Assembly: GCA_000320545.1 (NCBI GenBank)
Contig: ADNK01002972.1
Location: 1-40,592 of the forward strand
Source: Bigelowiella natans CCMP2755
Lineage: Eukaryota > Protista > Cercozoa
DNA length: 40,592 nt
Reading direction: 5' to 3'
Part shown: one piece after another, positions 10,905-23,894 of the stretch
How positions within the stretch are numbered: position 1 is the first letter of the stretch
Layout of the letters: each line of letters starts with the position of its first letter
Program-made: the position numbers and the translations under genes
The notes under the pieces: generated by a model
What the model was told of the DNA's origin: nothing
Databases searched by the model: none
Seen by the model: the letters and a program-made list of their open reading frames with translations, nothing else

Positions 10905-12730
10905 ATGTGGCGTTGCAACTTTCGGGCATTGCTGCATGTTCTTTTCCTTCTAATCGGTATAAAAGCAATTGAGATCGATTTTAGGCTTCCCATTCGGTAT
11001 CAGCTCGATATAAGAGCCACAACCCGCGAGCTCTACTTCAACTTTACGCAGCCGAATCGATTCTTCCACGTGTCCTTTGGCAAGACTATAGGCGCTACTC
11101 TGTATAAGATAAACTCACACCAAGATGCAACGGCTAATGTCTCTTCACTGAACGATTCGTCTTCTCCAATTCCAGCAGCTACCATAGATACTACTAGTTT
11201 AAGTGGTGATGGTGGACACACAGTGTGCGCTGTTTATCATCCGCTGGTGGATTTAAAGCAATGTAGCCAAGCAAATCCCTGTCGCTTCGTTTTAAAAATT
11301 GGAACAACAACAGCCGCATCATCAAGTCGTCGTACTCCTCTTCTGGCCAACCTGACACATGGCGAGTAGGGCGATTAGTTACTACTGTGTGGTGTGAGCG
11401 TATTATGCAAACAGAGCCATTGTATGTACTACTATACCATCTTCGAATTTCGATACAACATGCCACATAGTCATCATCCATCATCATCATCATACATGAA
11501 CAATATCTTCACACTTAGTGTGCAATAATGCTTTTGGAGTGAGGCAGTATATTTTAAAACAGTGCATTAGTTATGGAAAACTGTATGATAGATCTTCATT
11601 TGTCACCCTTTATCATTTCTGAGCTCCCTACTGTGTTGATTAATCCATCATCCTGAAATAAATTAAAGGGTGCTGACTTCTGGATCAACCGTGTCTGGAC
11701 GAGCAATGCAAGGAGAATCTAGATATTTTGTAAGTATGATAATGATGGATGAATAATGATGGAATATTATGTAGCAAGTGGAATGATGATAATGATGGGT
11801 GAATAATCCGTTCATACACTAAGTTGTCTTTGAATGATGGATGAATAATGCGTTCATACACTAAGTCTTCTTCGAATAGAGACGGAAATAATGTTTCACC
11901 CCCCCCACTCCTCCTCCTCCTCCTCCTCCTCTTTCCTTCTCACCCACATCTTGTTATTATTATTATTATTCTTTTTTCCTTTCAGGGAGTCGTTGCAACA
12001 GATGCCAATACCCCTCTTCTTGTTAAAATGAAACCTGCAAGGGATAGTAGTAGTAGTAGTGATCAGGTAAGTAAGTAGTACACACCGTGCAGTCTTGATA
12101 TGAAATCATTTATGATGTATGCTACGAACACTCTGCCTTCTCGATGTGGTGTCAAATGTTTATTATGTGCTGGTTTGTTTGGTTGTTTGTATGTCCACAC
12201 GACGCCACCATTGTATGTGTGTATGTATGTATGTATGTATGTATGTATGCTGCACGTATATAGCAGTGAGGAGTCAACAGTAGATGATTCCGATGATCAT
12301 CGTGTAAGTTATATTAGCAATGACCCAACAACTACTAAATCAACTACCTACCTACTACCAGCAGGTTGATGCAGACCTATTCGTGGTCAATGCCATTGAT
12401 GCTACTACTGGTACCACTACTACTACTTCTACTCCAGCAACAGCACTTCTTACCACTGGAACACCTTACTACGGAGAGCACGAAGAAGTAGCAAGAATCT
12501 CACAACCTTGGTCATCATGTACAACAAATCTCGAAGCAGGATGTTTATATATAGCTCAAGTGTACATTCCTCGTGATAGTGCTACCCTAGGGGGGGGAGG
12601 GAGCAACAGTCGCTCTTCTTCTTTTTCTGCTGCAGTTGGGACGGCTTTTAGCATTTCAGTTGAGAAGGAAACACAAGATGATGATACAGGTCAGTTATGA
12701 AGGAAGTACAAGTGCTACTAACACAGGCTT

Positions 12731-12765
<35 letters not shown>

Positions 12766-13484
12766 TCTAGGGGTATTTGTAGTAATTTGTAGTATTTGTA
12801 GTAGTAGAATATGAACATTATGATATTAGCATTTATCTCTCTTCTTCATGTAAAGTAAGTCAGTACCCATTGTCCGTTGATGACTTTGTAGTAGGAAGTG
12901 ATATTAGTGTTGTTGGTTGTAGTACCGTTAGTTAGTAACTTGTAAAGTTTCATCTACCAGGAAGGTCTTCAAAGAGCAGCTGTTCTCTTCGTTGATTTCT
13001 TTCACAATTACAACTTTCCTCCTCCGCCTCCTGTTATAGTCCCTTCTGTGTGTCTTCCTTTCTCTTTTTAACTCTTTCCGTTATTCCACCCACCTTGTCC
13101 TAATTTCGTAGGTTTTGCAACCGATCTAATGTTTATGTCAGCAGCTCTCACAATTCTTCTTCTCTGCGTCTTATCTTCGGTCAGAGCAGGAATCTGAGAG
13201 GGGGGGGCAAGACAGGGAGAGAAAGAGAGAGAGAAAAGCTGCTATGCTGTGAGCATTAGATGTACTTTGGTGATGTTTTGATAGACAGCACTTATCTGAT
13301 GATGATACAAGAAATAATATAATGCAACTACTACAACAGGCATTGGTGTTCTGTCGGGCTCGTATTGAGGTTTTTCGTCGAAGACATCAAGCGGAACAAC
13401 AAGCTGCGTTGGCTGCTGCACAAGCACATGGAGAAGGAACCACGCAGATAGCCGTTGCTAGAGGCGAGCAAAGAGGTATTATTA

Positions 13485-13516
<32 letters not shown>

Positions 13517-14580
13517 TCCTAGCTTTGGAGGAGAAGGAGAAGGAGGGGAATTTTGATAAGGATCATCAATTTATAGTAGCATTATTAATTTCATTATTAA
13601 TAGTAATGACAATAATGACAATAATCATCATCATCATCATCATCATTTTCACAATTTTCGGTATATATACTTACTACATACATAAGTAATTAAAATTTAT
13701 CATCTTGGCTTGAGCAGAAATATGCACACTATATGTACATTTATATGGTTTACTATGACGAGAAAGGCCTTGATGAGCACCAACAGTACGACCACTACCA
13801 GCATTTTTACTTATAGAGTAATACTTATTATTATCATTATCATCATCATAAAAAGGTGTTACGACAGCTCAGATGAAACGGCTCTCGATTTTCAAATACA
13901 CGATGCAACCACGAATCCCAGGACGTAATAGTAGTAGTAGTACTAAGCCGCAAATCCTGACGCAACGAGAAGACGGAGGGGATATGGGGGAGGATCATGA
14001 TAACTGTTCCCAACATCATCACACGACGATTAAGCAAGTGAATCTCCCCCCCTCTGAAGATCATCACCATCATCATCATCATCATCGTGTACCTACTTGC
14101 TCGATATGTATTATGGAGTTTGAGGTGGGAGAGCGAATAATTAAATTGCCTTGTGGACATGAATTCCATGGAGAATGCGTTACAGCGTGGGTAGAAGCCA
14201 AGCATCGTTGTCCTCTTTGCCGACAGCATATTGACACAGCTCAAGATAGAAAGATGACGTCAGTAGGAGGAGGAGGAGGAAGGAGTAGTAGTAGTTGTGG
14301 TCCTGATGCAACGACAACAACAACAACAACTACTACTACTACTGCTGCTGCTACTAATACAATTAATACTTCTGGTAATATTGAAGGGAAAAGAAGAGAG
14401 CCTTCTTCTACAGTTGAATTGATGAGATTCTGGAATAATGAAAATCACTACTCTATTGATGATGATGATGATGATGACAAAAAGGAAAGTGGGGGAGGAG
14501 GAAGAGGAAGAGAGAGTCACGAACTGATGAGATGGTCACCATCACAAACCTCTCTGGATCGACAGAGTAAGTCATTGTAG
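10905..14580 (+). CDS. Type I membrane RING-H2 E3 ubiquitin ligase (signal peptide, lumenal region, TM, RING-H2); multi-exon, 3' end uncertain
   Basis: Signal-like MWRCNFRALLHVLFLLIGIKA; TM exon FATDLMFMSAALTILLLCVLSS (~13112-13179) joined to ALVFCRARIEVFRRRHQ; RING-H2 CSICIMEFEVGERIIKLPCGHEFHGECVTAWVEAKHRCPLC. A GTAAGT donor at ~14567 may extend the CDS towards ~15040. Confidence 0.85.
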
Positions 14581-14651
14581 TAGTAGTAGTAGTAGTTGTT
14601 GTAGTAGTAATTGGTATTGTAGTAGTTGTTATTGTTGTAATAGTTGTTTTT

Positions 14652-14686
<35 letters not shown>

Positions 14687-16432
14687 TGTTGTAGCGCCGG
14701 CAGAGTAAAAGTAGTAATGGTAGCACAGAAGAAAAGGTAGGAGGAAAAGGAAGAGGGATGATGATGATGATAACGATGATGATAACGATGGTGATGACGA
14801 TGATGGTTACGACAACCGACATGTTGTTGATGTTGCATCCCAGATTCTACAAGTAGTGTAGGCATGATCGTGCCAATGAGGCCTTCATCGTCTTCAATAG
14901 TTGATGATGCACAAGTCATCGTTCCACAACGACGACGACAACAACAACAACACCACGAGTTGGTCACAAGTGTTGCTACAGCACGTAAGGAAGAAGAAGA
15001 AGAAGAAGAAGAAGAAGAAGAAGAAGAAAAGCAGGTTGATTGATATATTAGTTGGTTGCTACCGTCTAACAAAAAATCATTACTGCTCCTACCACTACTC
15101 CTGCTACTACTCACGAGTAAATCAGCACTTAGCACTAATTAATATTTATCTGGATAGAAATTGGGAAATATGTAGAGAGAGCAATAAATGATATTGATCG
15201 GGATAGAATTTGAGAAAATATGTAAAAGAGAACAACAAATAATAAACACATGCGTAGGCACACAAAATTATTAATATTGCAGTAGTTTGAATTTATAATG
15301 TAATAAATTTGAGAATTCATTGTTACAATCGAAAATTAGTCATCAATTTCGTGATTCCACTCTTTGTACTACCCCTACTACATCATGTGTCAATAACAGG
15401 TCGTTGTGGACATGCAACTGCAAAGCAGTGTTCTTCCAGGTGCTGTGATGGAGAATTTGACTGCCACTAGAAACCATGAGTAAAAGATCAAGAGGGAAAA
15501 AAAGAAGAGCAATTTGTTTGAAGTGCAATTTGAAAAATGAAGAAGGCGTTGTAGCTTGTTGATGCCTAGACCGAATTGCTCGTTTTTTGCGCAAGTCTGA
15601 CAGCAAATTGCGTGCATGAAGAATTTTTGTTGCATCCATGTGCGTCCAACCCACGTGTCAGCTAGTCAGGCAGATTATAGAAGATGCGAAGCTTCATGAA
15701 TGCATGCAACGTACCATTGCACATGGCCTGCACATGCACGGTTTAGCAGTGCATCATCACTTGCCACCACGCACAACAATGCGAGGCTTCAACTAACATG
15801 AGATTCCAGCAGGTACCCATAGCCACTAACAGCAATGTGCCATTGTTGCCACGTCACACAATTTGTGAACGCCTTGGAGCAGAGATGCCCATAGATGCGT
15901 GGCATGCATGCACATGCAACTCGCACACGCTAGCACGTCGTTGTTTGCAGCAGCAGTGCATGAGCAGCAGATCAGTGTGCCTGTCGATGTCACAAAATGT
16001 GCAAATGTGCATGTGTGTTGAAAGTGCAAGGCAGCTTGATGCAGACAACTAAGACAACGACAATGCGTGCGCGCGCATGCGATGCATGCAATTGTCGTCT
16101 CCATGGGCCCAAATCGACTGCTAGCAGCACTAGAGCACCAGAGCATTGCATCCAACGTACGCGCTAGCGGGACTGCAATTTCCAGTGATGATGATGAAAA
16201 TTGTGAAAGCGGCAATGTGAAACAGATCGAGCGCAACGGCGGAGTGATTGAGTCTTTTCAAGCGATCGTCCAAACGTAGCTGTGCAAAGCAGCGGCTACG
16301 CATGTACAACGCACAACACTCATGTTGCATCTGTTTGTTTCTACGGCTTGTGTGCTTCATGCATTCAAAGGCATCCTCATCGCGTCGTTGATGTCGTACA
16401 GCACGCGCACTTCTCCACATGTCATGATCTTC

Positions 16433-17524
16433 CTACAATGTTTCTCTTTTTTCTTGTTTTTCCAACGGTGGCAGAGGATCGGAGGGGTCAACCTTCATGC
16501 CCAGCTCTCCAAGCAAACCTTAACAAAGCACAACACCCCATCAGATGTTGTAAATTTTAATTCATTCATTACATCCATCTCACATTGTAACACATCCACA
16601 CAAATTAGACGTATTTCGACCTTTCATGACGTTGTCTACACGAGCGTGAATAACCAGGCAAGCCTTCGTTCCAAATTATAAGCACACTTTTATTTGAAGG
16701 TGCCGTACTCCAAAATGTGAGTTGTGTTGTAAATTTAGGATGGATTCACAATGTCATGGAAATACAGAGGACTCAAAATTCTAATAACGTACTAAAATGT
16801 ATGTACAAATATAATATCTCAGTGCCATGATCAGTAACTTCCTACCTCGCTATCATATGGAGTCTTCTGTAGATTCACTACAACCTGATAGATATCAGCT
16901 ATCAGTCCTCTGATTTGTGAATCATTACTCCTTTTTATGGCAAAGTCGAGGTGAAAAGGGAAGAAAGAGCCACGTTGCAACACAGAAAGTATAGTCCGTG
17001 TTGAAGACACCACTTTGTCATCATCATCATCATCACAGAAAGTATAGTCCGTGTTGAAGACACCACTTTGTCATCATCATCATCATCCTTCTTATTAGTA
17101 GTAGGCGTTTACATACATCGATGATCGTTTAACAACATTTACTACTACTACTACTTACTACTACTACTACTACTACTACCAGCTTTGCGTTTTTGTTGTT
17201 TTTCCTACGACCGTAGGTTGGCATTTCGCAAGCAGGCTTTATCTGTAGACTAGTCCCTGGAAGTAGACAAGTAGTAGTAGTGGTAGTAGTATGAAGTGTG
17301 ATCTATCCAAAATTAAATTTTACAGCAGCACACGTGCTAGTGTTCCTACTGTTTCTTCTATATCATCCAAGAGAAGGTACTCAGTAGTGACGGCTTGCGA
17401 TGATGAAGAAATAGCACTACTACTACTACTACTATCTACCTAATGTGATAGAAAGCATAGACTTCTCTGAATGATAATTAGCCCGAGAGAAGTCAGGTTC
17501 TGGAAGCATATCCTCCCAGTCCTG

Positions 17525-17562
<38 letters not shown>

Positions 17563-18140
17563 GATAATGATTGATGATGATGGCGGCACAATAACCACAA
17601 CCGAGCAAGCATTGCGACACATAATAAGCGATACTTCATTCAGACATCATTTCATATTATTTCCCTGCTCAACCCACAATATGAAATTATGCACAATTAT
17701 GTTATCGTCATCATCATCATCATCTTCTACATCTTTATCTTGATATTATTTTGATTCACCTTTTTTATTGCTTCTCTGCTCACTTATGCATTTTTATACT
17801 ACACCCTTCTTCTCCTCGCACAAGAAGCAAGTACTACATAATAGCTATTTTTCTTTTATTGGATGACTACAACGACATTATTTCTATTGCTACTACTATT
17901 GCTACCGCTGCACGAACTGATTCAACCTCCTCTTTTTCATGTGAATGAGGATGATGATAGTTTGCAGAAGGCAACATTAATTCTCCTCATCTTCTTTATC
18001 ATTATTAAGATTATCAATATATGCTGCTACTGCTATTATATACCAGAGTTGTATCTCTCAATCGCCCTCGACATCCCACCTCACGGCCACGCGTAATACG
18101 CATCTATAGATATCACATTACGAAGAACAAGAAGAAGATA

Positions 18141-18177
<37 letters not shown>

Positions 18178-18532
18178 ACTTGATCCTAAACTATAGCCAA
18201 AACATGCTGCTTTTAGTTGTTGTATGAATCGTTTGTTGCCTATTGATTCCCCTGATAATTGACCTAGGTCATATTATCAGCAGTAATATTTACCAATTGG
18301 AAGAGAAATCTGCACTCTATGTAACATCCTACCATCTTAATTAGAGTACAAACCCACTATTATTCTCCCACCCCCCCCCTCAATATACTATAACTGCTGT
18401 TGCTGCTGTAGCCGCCACTACTACTGCTACTACTACTACTACTACTACTACTACACTATCCACAACCACCTTGCTGCATCTTCTTCCTGTGAGTTTAAGA
18501 CCAACACTTTTTATTGGGGAGCTCTGGCATTC

Positions 18533-18563
<31 letters not shown>

Positions 18564-19181
18564 TTGCGATGATAAGAAATAAGAAGAGAAAAACAAAAAT
18601 ATGAAGGAAACAAAGAGAAAGGAGGGATTATATGACACAGTAGCAATACACGTGTCAAACAGATATTGGATATTTGATACTCACTCGGCATGAAACTCTG
18701 CTTCAGCTACTACTTTCTTCTTCTTCTTCATACGACTACTGCTACATACATTTCTCCGCACACAACCACTACTTACGATTACTACTGGTGCTACAACAAC
18801 AACACACTTCCTACGATCGTTTACTACTACTACTACCCGAAGATACTCGGCAAAACATCTCTCGCATTTTTCCATGAATATGTTCCCTGATATATATATG
18901 ATGATAGTATAGTAGCAGTATGTATCATCTTTATAACTGCTTTTTATTTCAAACAGTAGCAGTAGCTGTCATCTTGTTAACCGCTTTATATTTCAAAAAG
19001 TAGAACTACTTGTATCGTTGTAATGTTATATTTCAAAAGGTAGAACTACTTGTATCGTAGTAATGTTGTTTTTCTGAGTTGTGAGCACATTGTCCATCAT
19101 CATCATCATCATCATCATTACCACCACCACTGTCATGATCATAATTTGAAGTAATGGTGGTGAGAGACAAAAAAGAAAGAA

Positions 19182-19229
<48 letters not shown>

Positions 19230-20394
19230 TATCCTCCTATTACCATGCAACTCGCTCAAACAATCGCGCGGAAATCCACTTCTAAGATGCAATCTAATAT
19301 TGTTTGCAGTAGTAGTAAGCACGGACGCACAACAAAGAGGGTAGTGTTAGTAGTAGCGTTGCAGTATTACATTATATGAGTTAATTTGAAATTGTACATG
19401 AAATCTTTGATGAAAAGGTTGTCATCATGTGACAATACGAAGACCAAAAAGACGGCCAACTTTCTATCTTACCCCTCCCTATACATCGTCCACTATAATA
19501 ATAATAATGTGCAGTGGTTGCTCGCTATTGTCATATGCTCCTTTTGATATCAAGTTTCAAGTTTATTGCATTCGTATGCCATGTTGTAAGCAAAAGCCGT
19601 GATCACCATTATCATCATTATTATCATTAATTACTATTATCATTTCTGATCGATCAGCTGTATAAATATACTACCCGTCAACATTCTGGCTAATAAGAGC
19701 CTTTACGAATCCTCTGAGAAATAAATAAAAAGGGTACTTTAGCAGGATGAAGATGATAATTCAAATCTTTCAAGTAGTTGTAGTTGTAGTAGTAGTAGTA
19801 GTAGTAAAAGGAGAGGTGGAGGAAGAGGGAATCGTGATGATGATACATACAGCATCACTTCTTACTTCTCATGCAATAGATTTATTGCTAGGTGAGTTAA
19901 TGTAGGTTTGGTGTCCTCCCACGCCTTTCCTTCAGGATGTTTTGTACCACGTTTTTCACACGTCCAAACACCCTAATATATCATATAAAAGACACGTTTT
20001 TCACACGTCCAAACACCCTAATATATCATATAAAAAACACGTTTTTCACACGTCCAAACACCCTAATATATCATATTAAAGACCCCATAATTGCAAGCTG
20101 CTTTATACCATCTTTTTCTATGTTATTTTCAAGTAATACTCAAATGTTGTTTGTTGTGACTTGATCCTTAATAGCAACATGCATACACACTTACATTTGG
20201 TCCTCTAAAATCAGGAATCCCTGCTGATGTCGATATTCCAGCTCCCGTGTATATGACCGTGTATCTATAATGAGAAAGAAGGAACAACATGGATTATATA
20301 AGATCGTAGTATATCTATGAGGTAGAAGGAGCAACATGGATATAAGATATATTTCAGCTATTCCCGTGTACAATATGATCACCGTATATCTATA

Positions 20395-20438
<44 letters not shown>

Positions 20439-20912
20439 TGTGTTTTTACTATTTATACAATCATCAGTATACACTCGTCACAACTCAGTCGTCTCGTCAC
20501 CATTATCATTATCAATCTAGGTCAAAATCCCATTAAATATAGGAAAATGCGCTCTAGTCAATGTTTGAACATTGCCGACGGAATGGGCGAAAAACATTAA
20601 ATTACTTGGATTCCCGGATTAGTGTCGCAAGCTCCTTTATCTATAAAAGCAGTAGTACCCGTTCATACCGTAGTTGTTTCAATATTTTCTTCTAATTATT
20701 CCTTTTACAATATTAATACTTTTTCATGTAGAAATGAACATGGGAAAATTTCCTTCTCATTTGCGAGGGACGAGAGAAAAGATTATCGTATTAAACCCGA
20801 TGATATCAGCAGGTAAATGGCAATTGACCTTCTCTGCAGTAGCATCTTCTGTTTCAATGTACTCAGTCATTCCAACCTTAGCACGACATGGCACGATAAA
20901 CAATTGGAGTGA

Positions 20913-20947
<35 letters not shown>

Positions 20948-21082
20948 ACAAATGAAATGAATCGGAACGGAGATTTGTATGGTTACTAATACGCCTGTTT
21001 ACTTGAAACTACTCTCTCTCTCTCTCTCTCTCTTATCTCTCCTTTGTTGCGTATGGTTACTAACACGCCTGTTTACTCGAAA

Positions 21083-21124
<42 letters not shown>

Positions 21125-21253
21125 CTCTCCTTTGTTGGTGTATTCAGACAGCATCTCCGCATAGCTTCCAGACCCCTTGGTCTCAACTTCAGAAGCTTTC
21201 CCTCCACTTTTCTTACGCTTTCCATGGATATGGGCTCTATGGTCCTTTGGCAT
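16433..21253 (-). CDS. SIRT6: Class IV sirtuin (SIRT6/SRT1-like NAD-dependent deacylase); about 15 small exons
   Basis: Spliced exons: [14 protein letters not shown]|[16 protein letters not shown]|[12 protein letters not shown]|[23 protein letters not shown]|[18 protein letters not shown]|[13 protein letters not shown]|[17 protein letters not shown]|[10 protein letters not shown]|..GLKLTGRRC|..[11 protein letters not shown]|DWEDMLP..LSITLG|[12 protein letters not shown]|[11 protein letters not shown]|[14 protein letters not shown]|GLLGELG..TL*. TAG at 16433-16435. Confidence 0.93.
16981..17086. repeat. Tandem 53-bp duplication inside a sirtuin intron
   Basis: cacagaaagtatagtccgtgttgaagacaccactttgtcatcatcatcatcat x2. 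Confidence 0.9.
19948..20080. repeat. Three tandem 45-bp units containing the sirtuin 3' splice site and the first codons (GVWTCEKR)
   Basis: cacgtttttcacacgtccaaacaccctaatatatcatataaaaga x3; the minus strand reads ...tattag|GGTGTTTGGACGTGTGAAAAAC. Confidence 0.92.
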
Positions 21254-22054
21254 GCTCTGTTACTACTTTGGTCTCGGTCGTTCAGAGAGAGGGAAGGGGG
21301 GTCTGCAGCATTACTTCATAGTAGACTTTGACTGAACAACCAGAGGACTAGGAATGTGATATATATTAGGTTGTCGCTGGTGTTAAATATAGGCCAAAAC
21401 GCTACAATGATGCGAAACAATGATAATACCGAAACATCATTGAATCAAAAAAGTGTTAACTAGATCTACATCATCATCAAAAATGAAGAGGTGTAGTTGT
21501 TGTAGTTGTTGTTGTACGAATAATAATTCCTTTAAGTAGTACAAGTAGTCGAATGATCGTTTTTAAGTAGTAGATCTATCACCCATTTTTATTTGAAATC
21601 GAGGCGATTAATTATTAGATCTATTGTACATCTTCTATTCTTTCAGTCTTTCTTTCTCTCGGCGAGCTTGTAATTCAGAAGAATCGGCAACGAGCTTGGG
21701 AACTGTGACTATGATGAGTTATTATGATTAAAGTTGTTCATCAAGTCGCATCCACCGAAGTGATGGTTATACGAGGGATTTTTTGTACTGGATGTTTTTC
21801 CATAGATCTAAGACTCTGTTGTTGTTGTTGTTGTTATTGTTGTTGTTGTTGTACTATTGCCTGACTACTTATTCAGATCCAGATCTGACGCCCAACTTGG
21901 TGTAATTCTATATAGCGACTTGAAGAAGAAGATGACGCAGAGATCAAACGACGTCACATTCTACTGAGATATCTATCATGCTCAAACTTATTGTTTAGTT
22001 GCAGCGGTGTCAAACAAACCCCATAGAGAGTTTCGTCGTGAGAACGAATAAACG

Positions 22055-23442
22055 ATGTGTGCAGGTGATGCCTTCCTCGACCCTACAAGCTGTTTTGAGA
22101 ATAAGGGGATTAGTAGCTTTGGGTGAAGTGTAGTTAAATGGAATCTTCCGTTGATGCTATTTTTATCACCACCACTCTTTTTCTCTTTTTTCTCAAGTGG
22201 GGGGTAACAGCCTAAATTCCAATGAAATCTTAGACTCAAGAAGACCAACCTCTCAATTGCGCGCGAGAAATACAAACAAAATCGATGGCGGTGTTCCTCC
22301 TTACGCTGCTGCTCCTAATCATCTCACAAGACTCTCCTCGTTTTGGCTGGGAGAAGGAGCTTCGAAGGACCCCCATTACAGTGCCCTAGGAGCGCTGCTA
22401 ACTATCGCTGCAGCCATTATTGGTCTTGTTGCTGGGGTTCTCTTTGTCCTGTCTTGGAAAATTAGGACATTTGTGCTAGGACGCAACTTCTTGTTCGATT
22501 TGATTATTCCGTTCTCAGCAGGAATATCCTTACTGATTGGGGTTTTGCTGCTTTCACGGTGGAGCATCATGTGGATTGAGAATCATTCAATGCCAAAGAA
22601 CAAAATCAAGTTTGGTCGAAAAGGCTTGATTGTGTGTGGATCATCGGTAAGGAAAAGAAGACTATGATGATGAGAAGTAGTTGTCGTCGTTAAAATAAAT
22701 TTCGCTTAAGAATTAACACCTCGAAACGTTGTTTAACGTGTGACTATTCAGGTTCTTTTTGCATTCTCATGTTTTTATCGCGCACTCAATATTGCAGATG
22801 AGGGTGCTGCCATGTGCCGCGGCAGCCCCACAGCATTTAATGCTCCAGTTAGTGGTCGATTCATTGCAACATTAGGAGAGGTTGCGCTTGTGGTTCAAGT
22901 CTCCATCTACATACAGGTTCTGCTGTGTATATTAATATTATATACACACATACATACATAATACACAGTGTCCATGGCAACGTATTTACTTAGATTGTAC
23001 ACTCGGTTGTTTATTATACAAAGGAAACTGCTTTACGGCTTGGAGCGATACAAGGGTTGTGGAGAAGTATATTTGAGCAATACACCTCCTTGCCATTCTC
23101 TACGATACTACCTGTTATACTTGCTGAAACAATGAGCTGGTCGGGTGTTATTTCGGGCAATAGCAAATTCTACTGCGCCGAGTATGTGCTTTGGATGCTC
23201 ATTGCATTAACGTGGGCCTGGGACTCAGCCGAGTTACTCAACAAGTCAGAAGGCTATAGCGAAACGGTTGGTGGTTGTCGACGATATATAACGAACGACG
23301 ACGTGAATCTAGTAGTAATAGTAGTAGTAATAGTAGTAGTAGTAGTAGTAATAGTAAATGCTGCTTATTAGCAGTATATCCTATATTTCCCCCTCTTTTT
23401 TTAACTAATTATACTATCTCTCCATTTCCACCTCTTTCTCGA

Positions 23443-23481
<39 letters not shown>

Positions 23482-23894
23482 CACTCTCTAAACAGCCTAG
23501 CTTGATTTTGTTCGATATAATCCCGACAAAAAGAAGACCTTCATACAGCCGCCAAATTACTGTGATCACTGCCTTAATAGATTGTCGTTTGTTTTATGGT
23601 ATGTAGGTAATGCATGCGGCAATTCTCCTCGGAAGTATTGGGCTTTTCTTCTTCAACGCATTTTTTGAAATTCCACACTTTTTCAAGTATCAGCGCGGCG
23701 GAACAGCTGCTGCTCATATTCCAGGCCTTTGGGAGTGCATTCAAGATGAATCATCACCGTTGTGGATGAAAAGACTTCCTTTTTTTTTCTGTTACTTTAT
23801 TGGGTGTTCGTGGTCTTCAGTGGCAGTTGCTTACAGGTTCATGCGAGCATTCCGCAAAGCTTCACTAAATTCATCAGACAGTAAGAAAGCTTAA
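22055..23894 (+). CDS. Uncharacterised multi-pass membrane protein, about 5 exons
   Basis: Exons about 22055-22122, 22198-22647, 22752-22916, 23024-23266 and 23607-23894 join in frame. Several hydrophobic helices; motifs FSCFYRAL, GRFIATLGEVALVVQ, ILAETMSWSGVISGN..AEYVLW, FEIPHFF, WMKRLPFFFCYFIGCSWSSVAV. Confidence 0.8.

Noticed and set aside
19948-20080. CRISPR-like regular repeats (also 3314-3464)
   Set aside because: Head-to-tail duplications without unique spacers, inside eukaryotic introns; no cas genes.
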